The notes beneath the pieces are model-generated. The model did no database searches. It was not told the DNA's origin and saw only the letters and a list, made by a program, of their open reading frames with translations. 56,916 bases of DNA, from the IMG/VR virus record IMGVR_UViG_3300047553_000257, positions 1 through 56,916 of that record; one strand, given 5' to 3'. Shown piece after piece: positions 5,667 to 13,926 of the stretch (its first letter is position 1; each line of letters opens with the position of its first letter). The position numbers and the translations under genes are program-made. The stretch is from a virus. Lineage: Duplodnaviria > Caudoviricetes.

Positions 5667-6536
5667 ATGAAACAGGACGTTTACGAAACGGTCACCAACA
5701 AGGTGCTCGAGATGATGGAAACACATGGCGCGAACTGGATCAACCCGTTCGCTCGCAAGGGCAAGGCGCTTCTGCCGCACAACATCATCAGCAAGAAACC
5801 ATACCGTGGGATCAACCACCTCATGCTGCTCTGGTCGCCTTACGAAACGCCTGCTTGGGGAACCTTCAAGCAGTGGAACGATCAGGGCTGCTCAGTCCGT
5901 AAGGGCGAGAAGTCCACGCCAATCGTTTTCTGGCAGTTTATCGAGAAGGAAGACGACAAGGGGCAGAAGATCACTATTCCGTTCCTTCGTCAGTACCATG
6001 CATTCAACGTAGCTCAGGTGGAGGGTGATTTTGCTGAGCGTCTGTTGACCTGTACAGATACTGGTACAGGTGCAGAAGAGATCGCGGTGGCTGAGGATTT
6101 TTTCCGCCAAATCCCTGCGGAGGTACACCACACGTCCACTGGTCGTGCGTACTACAACCCCATGAAAGACTTCATCAGCATGCCAGCCAAGGACGTGTTC
6201 GAAGACACGCCGACAAGCAGCGCTACTGAATGCTACTACAGCACCCTGTCGCATGAGCTGACGCACTGGACTGGACACCCAGACCGTCTGGATCGTCTCG
6301 AGAAGTCTCGCTTCGGTGATGAGACCTATGCGCGTGAAGAGCTGGTCGCTGAGATCGGTGCTGCACTGCTTTGCGCTCACCTCGAGATCAGCGCGACCCC
6401 TCGCCCAGATCATGCCCAATACCTCAACGGCTGGATGAAGGCGCTGTCCGACCACAAGAAGGAATTCGTGTCAGCAGCGGCGGCTGCATCTAAGGCCGTC
6501 GATTTCGTTATTGAAGCAGCAGGAAAGGAAGCCTAA
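5667..6536 (+). CDS. ardC: ArdC-family antirestriction protein (ssDNA-binding domain plus zincin-like metallopeptidase)
   Basis: YETVTNKVL...W..PF, PYRGIN, WGTFKQW, VRKGEK, AYYNP..DFISMP, YYSTLSHELTHWTG..RLDR, YAREELVAEIGAA; likely start is ATG 5667. Confidence 0.92.
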   Translation: MKQDVYETVTNKVLEMMETHGANWINPFARKGKALLPHNIISKKPYRGINHLMLLWSPYETPAWGTFKQWNDQGCSVRKGEKSTPIVFWQFIEKEDDKGQKITIPFLRQYHAFNVAQVEGDFAERLLTCTDTGTGAEEIAVAEDFFRQIPAEVHHTSTGRAYYNPMKDFISMPAKDVFEDTPTSSATECYYSTLSHELTHWTGHPDRLDRLEKSRFGDETYAREELVAEIGAALLCAHLEISATPRPDHAQYLNGWMKALSDHKKEFVSAAAAASKAVDFVIEAAGKEA

Positions 6537-6931
6537 TGATTACCAGAATAACACCGCACAAAAGCAAGTTGCGCATCTCATCAGACAGCGTCTGGCCCCT
6601 ACGCAGTGCAACGGGGCAGACCTTCGCTGAGAAACAGAGGGACACGTTGAAAGGAAAGACCGTGACACTGAATGACCATGTCATCGCCGCCATAAGATCA
6701 CTTGAGGCCGCAAACGATATCAGATCCGCGCATGCGCACCTGCCCTACCGCGAGCAGCCACAGGTTCATGACGAACTACTGATCCAATTGCTGGAGGCGA
6801 TGATTGCCTTCGACGAAGAGCCGCAAGGCACGATAGAAGAGCTGACCCGCGAGGATGAGCAGTACATAACCCGCTTCCCCTTACCCAACGATGCTGAGTG
6901 GGATTACGCAGTCGCCATAGGTGCAGCATGA
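6536..6931 (+). CDS. Hypothetical protein
   Basis: Coupled TAATG overlap with ardC. Confidence 0.65.
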   Translation: MITRITPHKSKLRISSDSVWPLRSATGQTFAEKQRDTLKGKTVTLNDHVIAAIRSLEAANDIRSAHAHLPYREQPQVHDELLIQLLEAMIAFDEEPQGTIEELTREDEQYITRFPLPNDAEWDYAVAIGAA

Positions 6932-7058
6932 GCGACTACCTAAAGCTACTCGCCAAGAACGTGCCGCCAATGCCCGAAGAGCATCTGCTCAAGCTGAATT
7001 CAGAACAGCTACGGGCTTACGAGAAGTCACGCAATGAACGATCAAAGGAACAAAGCAA

Positions 7059-7499
7059 ATGACAGATGATAGATACGGAAAAATCCACACAGACGGGAGC
7101 CGCTCCGGTGGTCAGCCGTTAAACGATAGCATTGAAGCAAAAGCCTTGGCGCTGGTGAATGAGGTGCTGGCGGAGCGGGGCGTTCTCTACTATGAACTTG
7201 AATACGTTAGCGCCTTCCACACGCAAGAAGCACTATGCCGCGCCATCGAACAGCACGAAGCCTTCCGCCAAGAGGTGAGCGATGCGGTGGTGGAATATAA
7301 AGCGGACCAGCCTTACGTTTGGAAGCAAAGTGTGTCTGATTACTTTTGTCGCTTCATCATTTCCAAGCCTAAGCCTGACCCGCTGGTGGAGGTGTTGGAC
7401 GAAATAACATGGACAGGTGCCTACACCACGCCTTTTGCCGTCCGTATCCGCGCCGCACTGGAAGCGCGTGGGCTGGAGATACGGGAGAAGGGGCGGTGA
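7059..7499 (+). CDS. Hypothetical phage protein
   Basis: AAGGA SD; 146 aa. Confidence 0.7.
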   Translation: MTDDRYGKIHTDGSRSGGQPLNDSIEAKALALVNEVLAERGVLYYELEYVSAFHTQEALCRAIEQHEAFRQEVSDAVVEYKADQPYVWKQSVSDYFCRFIISKPKPDPLVEVLDEITWTGAYTTPFAVRIRAALEARGLEIREKGR

Positions 7500-7687
7500 C
7501 GCCAAATGAAATCACAATCGCCGTATTTTTCGGGATGTTATATTTCGCGTCGGTATATGTTGTGTGTCTGTCGTATATATTGAGCAACACCGACGATTGG
7601 GTTGACGCATTTTGGTGGCCCATCCATTTGGTAAAAGCCCTGACGAAATCGTTGCTACGGGCTTTGTTTACGGGGTGGCGGTTATGA
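7496..7687 (+). CDS. Small membrane protein
   Basis: GTGA overlap start; hydrophobic ITIAVFFGMLYFASVYVVCL. Confidence 0.6.
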   Translation: MTPNEITIAVFFGMLYFASVYVVCLSYILSNTDDWVDAFWWPIHLVKALTKSLLRALFTGWRL

Positions 7688-7761
7688 CCCTGCGCCAATT
7701 CCTGTTCGATAATTTCGGCTGGGATATTTACGACTGGGCCGACGATGAGATTAGATTTTAA
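7684..7761 (+). CDS. 25-aa micro-protein, copy 1 (MTLRQFLFDNFGWDIYDWADDEIRF)
   Basis: ATGA overlap; paralog at 8470-8547 with mostly synonymous changes. Confidence 0.75.
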   Translation: MTLRQFLFDNFGWDIYDWADDEIRF

Positions 7762-7772
7762 GGAGAAATTAA

Positions 7773-7982
7773 ATGACGAGAGGCCCAGCATCCGAATGGC
7801 AGTCAGGTTATAACGCTGGCATAGAAGCCGCCATCAATGCGTTGGAAGCCGACGCCAAGCTATGCGATTGCGCTGCACTTGAAGAGCGCGAGTGCGCTTG
7901 CGGGGCGTGGGCTGATTACAAGAACATAACGTCAGCAAGGGCTGTGGAGATTGTCCGTGCAGTAAAGGATCAAAAAGCATGA
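7773..7982 (+). CDS. Hypothetical protein with CxC motifs
   Basis: AAGGAG SD; N-terminus shared with the 8075 ORF. Confidence 0.7.
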   Translation: MTRGPASEWQSGYNAGIEAAINALEADAKLCDCAALEERECACGAWADYKNITSARAVEIVRAVKDQKA

Positions 7983-8074
7983 AGCGTTACACAATTAGCA
8001 AGGGCAAGGCGTCCAAGTGTCGCATTGTTGAAGGCGTTAAATTTGTCACCAGACTAGTATAAGGAACAAGGAAA

Positions 8075-8287
8075 ATGACAGACCCAGCATCCGAATGGCA
8101 GTCAGGTTATGACGCCGCCATTGATTCATGCATCGCTGCGATTGAAAAACAAAAGGCAAGCTTTGCATCTGAGCAATACGCTGTTGGTCAGCCACTGTCT
8201 TCGTTTCAAGAGCGGTTCGCTTGCGATCAATGCATCGATGCAATCGCAGCATTAAAGAAACCTGTTAAAGAAACGCCGTTTTCTTAA
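8075..8287 (+). CDS. Hypothetical protein
   Basis: AAGGA SD; PASEWQSGY N-terminus shared with the 7773 ORF. Confidence 0.7.
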   Translation: MTDPASEWQSGYDAAIDSCIAAIEKQKASFASEQYAVGQPLSSFQERFACDQCIDAIAALKKPVKETPFS

Positions 8288-8302
8288 CATGAAGGAAAGC
8301 CA

Positions 8303-8473
8303 ATGACTGAAAGCTACCGACTACTACAAGACGGACTGCCAGTAGCGTGGGTGGAAGGACGCAATGCCGTTGCCGAGATCGCTCACTACGCCGCTGTATA
8401 TGCCCAAGACGGGCCGGTTGTAATCCAGCACAAGGTCAACGGACGCTGGAAAGAATGGAAGGAAAACAAATGA
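8303..8473 (+). CDS. Hypothetical protein (56 aa, not in ORF track)
   Basis: AAGGA SD; MTESYRLLQDGLPVAWVEG...WKEWKENK; ATGA overlap with the next ORF. Confidence 0.65.
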   Translation: MTESYRLLQDGLPVAWVEGRNAVAEIAHYAAVYAQDGPVVIQHKVNGRWKEWKENK

Positions 8474-8547
8474 CCTTGCGTCAATTCCTCTTTGACAACT
8501 TCGGATGGGACATTTACGAGTGGTCGCCAGACGAAATTAGATTTTAA
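8470..8547 (+). CDS. 25-aa micro-protein, copy 2 (MTLRQFLFDNFGWDIYEWSPDEIRF)
   Basis: 22/25 aa identical to 7684-7761. Confidence 0.75.
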   Translation: MTLRQFLFDNFGWDIYEWSPDEIRF

Positions 8548-8582
8548 GAATACCCCACCCCAACTCCTTTTAATCTCGACAA

Positions 8583-8684
8583 CTACGGCGGGATCGACGG
8601 CTAGACAGCGGAAGTATCAAACACCTTTGGGATGGGGGGACATATTCGGGGTGTGAATGTCTAGCAACGTAGCAATTTTCGATC
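8583..8684 (+). ncRNA. Candidate structured RNA upstream of nrdJ
   Basis: Nested stems CTACG/CGTAG, GCTAGACA/TGTCTAGC and ACACC/GGTGT, plus a possible pseudoknot GATCGA/TCGATC. Confidence 0.45.
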
Positions 8685-8823
8685 AGCGGCGAACATAAAA
8701 AGAACAGCCGCAACTCTCTCTAAACACACAACTATTTTTTTCAACTGATGCAAACACATTAGTTGAAGCAACACTGCTTTAGCCGTATGGCTGAGGGTTC
8801 CACCTATGTAATGGAGAATTACA

Positions 8824-10761
8824 ATGCAACTACCGACTGACTACCAATCCTATATTCACAAGTCCCGTTACGCACGTTTCATTGACGAGAAAGGTCGTCG
8901 CGAACATTGGGATGAAACCGTCTCAAGATACTTCGACTTCTTCGAGGAAGAGCTTGAAACCCACAACGGACACAAGGTTTCCGCTGGTCTGCGCAGTGAG
9001 CTCGAGGACGCTGTCCTAAGTCTCGCCGTCATGCCATCCATGCGTGCGCTGATGACCGCAGGAGAGGCTCTGAAGCGCGAGAGCGTTGCTGGCTACAACT
9101 GTAGCTATCTACCCATAGATCGGCCCAAGGCGTTCGCTGAGGCGCTCTACGTTCTCATGTGCGGTACAGGCGTTGGCTTCTCTGTCGAGCGTCAAGAGAT
9201 CAGCAAGCTACCCGTTGTGCCTGAGCACTTCGACCGCACTGCATTCGACGTTATTGTGGGTGACAGTAAGCTTGGTTGGGCAGAGGCGTACCACACGCTA
9301 CTGACGTGCCTATACGCTGGCACTATTCCTAATGTGGACTACAGCCAGATTCGTCCTGCAGGTGAGCGCCTTCGCGTCTTCGGTGGTCGTGCGTCTGGCC
9401 CAGATCCTTTGCGTGACCTGTTCGAGTTCACGATCCGCACCATGCGCAATGCTGCTGGCCGTAAGCTGAACAGTCTCGAGGTACATGAGATCGTCTGCAA
9501 GATCGGTGAGATCGTGGTGGTTGGTGGTGTCCGCCGCTCCGCTGAGATCAGCCTTTCGAATCTGTCCGACCAGCGCATGCGTGACGCCAAGTCTGGCAAC
9601 TGGTGGATGGACAAACCATACCTTGCGCTAGCCAACAACTCCGCTGCCTATACAGAAAAGCCAGAGGTTGGTCAGTTCATGGATGAATGGTCTGCTTTGT
9701 ACCGCTCGAGATCTGGTGAGCGTGGCATCTTCAATCGTGAGGGAGCCATCAATAAGATCCTGCGTCTTGGTCGTCGTGACCACCGCTATGACTTTGGCAC
9801 TAACCCGTGCGGCGAGATCGTGCTGCGTCCTCGTGGCTTCTGCAACTTGACCGAAGCTGTGGTGCGTGAGAACGACAGCCTTGGTGACCTTAAAGAGAAG
9901 GTGCGTCTCGCATCAATCCTTGGAACTTGGCAGTCTACCCTCACCCGCTTCAACTTCATCGAGCCAGAGTGGCGTCGCAATGCAGAAGAAGAGCGCTTGC
10001 TTGGCGTGTCCCTCACCGGCATCTATGACAACCCACTGATGCGTGGTGACAACGGTCTTGATCGTTTGGGTACGGCACTGGAGAAGCTGAAGGCGACCGC
10101 CATTAAGGCTAACCGTCTCGAGGCTCACGACATTGGGATCAACCCATCTGTCGCCGTTACTACCGTCAAGCCATCCGGCACTGTGTCTCAGTTGGTGAAT
10201 AGCCCCAGCGGAATCCACCAAGGGCATGCGCAGTACTACATCCGTCGCGTCACTGGTGACAACAAGGATCCAATCACCGCCTTCATGGGTGATGCTGGCA
10301 TTCCTAACGAGCCGCACGCTTCCAAGCCTCAAGGCATGACGGTCTTCGCCTTTCCGGTGAAGCTTGGCGAGGGTACTACCACTCGCGATGACGTGACTGC
10401 ATTGCAGCACCTCGAGCTTGTTCGCGCCTACAACACGCATTGGTCTGAGCACGCCGTGTCTTGCACCATCAGCGTGAAAGAGAATGAATGGCCGACTGTG
10501 GGTGGCTGGGTCTTCGATCACTTCGATGACATCTGTGGCCTGTCGTTCCTGCCTCACTTCGAGGGTGATAGTTCGTACACGCAGATGCCTTACGAGACGA
10601 TCACTAAGGCTGAGTACGAGCAACGTCTCGCTGCAATGCCGAAGGAGATTGATTGGGCTGGCCTCGCCTTCTATGAGAAGGGTATCGACACAGTTACTGG
10701 CACACGCGAACTAGCGTGCGTTGGTAACACCTGCGAGATCGTAGACGCACAGTCTCTATAA
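8824..10761 (+). CDS. nrdJ: Class II (adenosylcobalamin-dependent) ribonucleotide reductase
   Basis: YNCS, LMCGTGVGFS, GGVRRSA, TNPCGEI, CNLTE, TVKPSGTVSQL and C-terminal CxxxxC redox tail; no nrdB present. Confidence 0.95.
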   Translation: MQLPTDYQSYIHKSRYARFIDEKGRREHWDETVSRYFDFFEEELETHNGHKVSAGLRSELEDAVLSLAVMPSMRALMTAGEALKRESVAGYNCSYLPIDRPKAFAEALYVLMCGTGVGFSVERQEISKLPVVPEHFDRTAFDVIVGDSKLGWAEAYHTLLTCLYAGTIPNVDYSQIRPAGERLRVFGGRASGPDPLRDLFEFTIRTMRNAAGRKLNSLEVHEIVCKIGEIVVVGGVRRSAEISLSNLSDQRMRDAKSGNWWMDKPYLALANNSAAYTEKPEVGQFMDEWSALYRSRSGERGIFNREGAINKILRLGRRDHRYDFGTNPCGEIVLRPRGFCNLTEAVVRENDSLGDLKEKVRLASILGTWQSTLTRFNFIEPEWRRNAEEERLLGVSLTGIYDNPLMRGDNGLDRLGTALEKLKATAIKANRLEAHDIGINPSVAVTTVKPSGTVSQLVNSPSGIHQGHAQYYIRRVTGDNKDPITAFMGDAGIPNEPHASKPQGMTVFAFPVKLGEGTTTRDDVTALQHLELVRAYNTHWSEHAVSCTISVKENEWPTVGGWVFDHFDDICGLSFLPHFEGDSSYTQMPYETITKAEYEQRLAAMPKEIDWAGLAFYEKGIDTVTGTRELACVGNTCEIVDAQSL

Positions 10762-10767
10762 CAACAA

Positions 10768-10787
10768 GGAGGGGCTTCGGCCCCTCC
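10768..10787 (+). terminator. Stem-loop after nrdJ
   Basis: GGAGGGGC-TTCG-GCCCCTCC; no U-tract, so it may be a stability or pause hairpin. Confidence 0.4.
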
Positions 10788-10804
10788 AATACAAGGAAGT
10801 ATGT

Positions 10805-11095
10805 ATGTTACTAGGTGAAATTAAAGCAGAAGCTCTTCGGATGTGGGACATATGCGAGAGGGATCTGATAGGCGATAATCGATTCGTCGAGATGACGCGC
10901 CCTCGCATGGCTTTGTACAAGACCTATCGGGATCGGGGCATGTCCCTGTCACAGATCGGTCGGTACTTGAAGCGCGACCACTCCACTGTCTTGAGTGGCT
11001 TGCGCAGGATCGAAATCGAAATGGCGAAAGACCCGACCTACAAAGAGCAGGTCGAGTCCCTCGTGTCATTTTCTATGAATGATCTTAAACTCTGA
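10805..11095 (+). CDS. DnaA domain IV-like HTH protein
   Basis: RPR...MSLSQIGRYLKRDHSTVLSGLRRIE matches the DnaA C-terminal signature S...IG..F..RDHTTV. Confidence 0.8.
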   Translation: MLLGEIKAEALRMWDICERDLIGDNRFVEMTRPRMALYKTYRDRGMSLSQIGRYLKRDHSTVLSGLRRIEIEMAKDPTYKEQVESLVSFSMNDLKL

Positions 11096-11527
11096 TATCG
11101 GAACCTCAATCATAGGTTCCTTATCCTCCCAGTCCCCGCGCTTTGTTGTTCCACCGAACACGATATTGATGGGGGCTGGGACATTAATATAACCAACGCA
11201 GTCCTGCCACTCCACGATGAGCATCGATCTGATGCCTGTGTCTCGAGATAGCGACAGCAGGTTCATGTATTTGTGCAGCGAGACTTGATAGGTGGGGTAC
11301 GTGTGTATCGGATTTCCCCGCGACTTGAGCTCAGCCCACGACATGATCTCTTTCCCACGCAGCAGCGCAAAGTCCGCTGAGTAGCGGCGCGGAAGCTTTA
11401 CAACCTCCACACCCCATTTGTCCGCCACCACAGTGATGACGGCACGTTCATTGGCTAGTGTCTTTTCATTCTCATAGATCAACGGATCGTCTTTCTCTGC
11501 TCTTTCCAAAGGGATAAAACTAAGCAC
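11066..11527 (-). CDS. Putative PD-(D/E)XK-fold protein
   Basis: YSADFAL...WAELKSR pattern; the start may be TTG near 11482. Confidence 0.55.
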   Translation of the reverse strand: MLSFIPLERAEKDDPLIYENEKTLANERAVITVVADKWGVEVVKLPRRYSADFALLRGKEIMSWAELKSRGNPIHTYPTYQVSLHKYMNLLSLSRDTGIRSMLIVEWQDCVGYINVPAPINIVFGGTTKRGDWEDKEPMIEVPISEFKIIHRK

Positions 11528-11787
11528 TCCACTAGTGAACGCGACCAGATAGGATCAGCATCAAGCGGTATGTCGTCGATAGCCGCTCGCCGTAGCTCTT
11601 TAGTAGGTATCTGAAATATGCGTGCCGCAAGGCAACCCACCATGTGATCTCTGACCAGAGCGCGGAAGTTTTCCGGAACCGACTCTTCAATCCACTGCAT
11701 TCTTTTTTCATGCGTTTCACCTTTTGCTGCCTGCTCTGCCCAAACCATCGACTGCAAACGAGTCGTCTTTGGTCCAGACTTCTTCAC
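11479..11787 (-). CDS. Hypothetical protein
   Basis: Coupled in operon (GTGA overlap). Confidence 0.65.
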   Translation of the reverse strand: MKKSGPKTTRLQSMVWAEQAAKGETHEKRMQWIEESVPENFRALVRDHMVGCLAARIFQIPTKELRRAAIDDIPLDADPIWSRSLVECLVLSLWKEQRKTIR

Positions 11788-12089
11788 TGCATAAGTTCCA
11801 GCAGCGTCGTGAGAGGAATGACGGCCACAGACTTTTCATTGTCGGCGCGTAGGATCAAGCCAGCATTATCGCCCAGTGCCTCGAGCATCCAAGCTGGCAG
11901 CTCCTTCCTGCGCTTGGCCTCAAACACCCAAGGCTTGTCGCTGAATGTCGGTGTGATCTCGACATCCCCTTTCGCGTAGCTAGTCGCTCCAGACAACGGC
12001 ACGCGCTGCGCCACTAGGCCGTACTCTTTGGCTTGGTTAACGAGCTCGCGCTCGTACACCGCACCCTTGGTTCTCGACATCTTTCCCAT
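11784..12089 (-). CDS. Holliday junction resolvase (Hjc-like PD-(D/E)XK)
   Basis: SRTKGAVYERE...RVPLSGA...GDV...FEAKRR. Confidence 0.8.
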   Translation of the reverse strand: MGKMSRTKGAVYERELVNQAKEYGLVAQRVPLSGATSYAKGDVEITPTFSDKPWVFEAKRRKELPAWMLEALGDNAGLILRADNEKSVAVIPLTTLLELMQ

Positions 12090-12092
12090 CAG

Positions 12093-12338
12093 TTACCCTT
12101 TCGCAAACGTGTATTTGATTTCCTGCCAGATCGTTCGACCATCGAAGATCCTGCGCAGGATGTAGCCCCTAGCTACAGAGACCACCGTAAAGATGCCAGT
12201 GATGATCAGGTTCTGGGTCCATGTGACGGGGATATCCATAGCCGATGCCACGAAGTACCAAGTGATCAGCGAGATAAAGAACCCCACCGTCGTGTTGGTC
12301 ACCGCCTCCATGAGGCTGTCCATCTTGTGTTGCTTCAT
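12093..12338 (-). CDS. Small two-TM phage membrane protein
   Basis: SLMEAVTNTTVGF...NLIITGIFTVVSVARGYILRRIF. Confidence 0.7.
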   Translation of the reverse strand: MKQHKMDSLMEAVTNTTVGFFISLITWYFVASAMDIPVTWTQNLIITGIFTVVSVARGYILRRIFDGRTIWQEIKYTFAKG

Positions 12339-12679
12339 GACTTCGACTCCAACAGATCACAGACCTTTAGAAGTGCATCCTCATGACGCACTCTGAGATC
12401 GTCTTCCCAAGCCCAATCGCCATTTGCGGACTCGACCATGCAACGCACAACCTCCGGCGACGATTCCTCCGGAACCCACTGCTCCTCCAAGCCATGACAA
12501 GAGCAGTGACTGCCATGAACCGTGAAGAGCTGCCCCTCACGCCGGAAGATCACCAAAGCTTCACCGCTGTAGTTCTCGTATTCGTAAGCAGCGAACAGAA
12601 CCTCTGGCTCTGGCTCACGCATGTCAAAATGTTCCTGCACTTCCTCCCAATTGGAGAAGATGTCAAAGTAAACGCTCAT
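12335..12679 (-). CDS. Hypothetical protein (HCSC motif)
   Basis: Likely start MSVYFDIF at 12679; YENYSGEA...GSHCSCHG. Confidence 0.7.
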   Translation of the reverse strand: MSVYFDIFSNWEEVQEHFDMREPEPEVLFAAYEYENYSGEALVIFRREGQLFTVHGSHCSCHGLEEQWVPEESSPEVVRCMVESANGDWAWEDDLRVRHEDALLKVCDLLESKS

Positions 12680-12680
12680 C

Positions 12681-13622
12681 TCAAATCCCCTCATCCTTGA
12701 TCGTGTAGTGGTGCGGGTTACGGTCACCGTAGATCTCGACGTTCTTCGCCGCCAGCTCGTTGAGCTGATCATAGAAGTTGGCACTGCGCGGGGGGCGATC
12801 ATCCTCACACTTGCCTTGGATCATTGCGTCACGCAGCACGACCAGCGAGCAGATTGCTTTGGTTACGTGGCTGAGCTGAGAGTCCGGATCAGTGTCTTCA
12901 CCTTCCCACCAACTAAACAGGTGGCGGATCGTTGCGTCGTAATAGACCGATGCCCTTACGCCTACACCGCGATAGTTGTGGCGACCGTACTTTAGTGCGC
13001 CTTCGAGCATCCCTACTCCTACCTCAGCTAGTACTGCTGCTGATACGGTGGACAGGGGAGCTTTCTTTATACCGACAGCGTCCTTCGGGTTCGTTGGCTT
13101 CTGGGTTTTTTCCGCCGATTTTTCACCGACTGTGGCACCGATAGTGGCACCGACGGTTATCGTTCTTCCACCGACGATTATCGGAAACGTATCGCCGTCC
13201 ATCTCTTGAGCATACCGCCAGTAAATGATGTCGCCATCTAAACCAGAGTGCTTCCAGTAAAGCTTCGACGCAGCTCTTTCCATAAGCGCGTTCCCTCCAC
13301 GCAGAACAACATCTACTAAGCCAGATGGTCGCCACTCCCCCTTCTTCGCACCATTCCACGCCGTCCAATTGGAGCTTGGCTCTTTGACGGAACGCCACGC
13401 AATAATGCTGGTATCCGATAAGCCATTGCCCCAAAAGAACGAACGAACATCACCCTCTTTTTTCTCGCCATTGCCATACAGCACCTCAACATTGCCCAAA
13501 AACGGACTTTCTGGTGCGGCTGTGTTCCAGCCATGAGGCACACACACATCCCAATCCTCTATAAGGTTGCCGTACATGTACGTGCGCTCGTTAGCCTTCA
13601 TTATTTTGTGATAATCATCCAT
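12681..13622 (-). CDS. dATP/dGTP diphosphohydrolase (DUF5664-like) with N-terminal tandem repeat domains
   Basis: NPKDAVGIKKAPL...GALKYGRHNYR...YYDATIRHL..WWEGEDTDPDSQLSH. Confidence 0.82.
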   Translation of the reverse strand: MDDYHKIMKANERTYMYGNLIEDWDVCVPHGWNTAAPESPFLGNVEVLYGNGEKKEGDVRSFFWGNGLSDTSIIAWRSVKEPSSNWTAWNGAKKGEWRPSGLVDVVLRGGNALMERAASKLYWKHSGLDGDIIYWRYAQEMDGDTFPIIVGGRTITVGATIGATVGEKSAEKTQKPTNPKDAVGIKKAPLSTVSAAVLAEVGVGMLEGALKYGRHNYRGVGVRASVYYDATIRHLFSWWEGEDTDPDSQLSHVTKAICSLVVLRDAMIQGKCEDDRPPRSANFYDQLNELAAKNVEIYGDRNPHHYTIKDEGI

Positions 13623-13926
13623 TGCTGTTCTCCTTAACTAGGAGCTGGCACTCAGCCAGCAACTCCTCTTGCGTCCCAAACATCTCTTCGAACCTGCGCT
13701 TCCACGGGTGGACAGAAACAAACTCACCCTTGCCATCACCACCTTGGTGATGCAGATAGCAAAGAGGAATCGTCTTGAAGTGAGCGCCAGTTTTCGTGCG
13801 CCCATCTATGTGATGGATCGAGATCTCCGGCTGATGCACGCCGATCTTCTTGCAGGCAACACAGCCAAGCTGGCCTACCGCATCCATCCATCGACGCTCT
13901 GCTGGTGTCGGTGTCCTACCCTTCAC
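13615..13926 (-). CDS. Ref-like (RecA-dependent) HNH nuclease
   Basis: AERRWMDAVGQLGCVAC...IHH...IPLCYLHH; likely GTG start at 13926. Confidence 0.72.
   Translation of the reverse strand: MKGRTPTPAERRWMDAVGQLGCVACKKIGVHQPEISIHHIDGRTKTGAHFKTIPLCYLHHQGGDGKGEFVSVHPWKRRFEEMFGTQEELLAECQLLVKENSNG

Noticed and set aside
8595-8604. 10-nt match (CGACGGCTAG) between the nrdJ-upstream structure and the initiator leader (18311-18320, minus)
   Set aside because: 10-mers recur by chance in 57 kb, and the surrounding folds differ.
8548-8823. Cobalamin riboswitch or NrdR boxes upstream of nrdJ
   Set aside because: No B12-box or other riboswitch consensus is visible; ACACAACTATTTTT is only a partial NrdR-like half-site.
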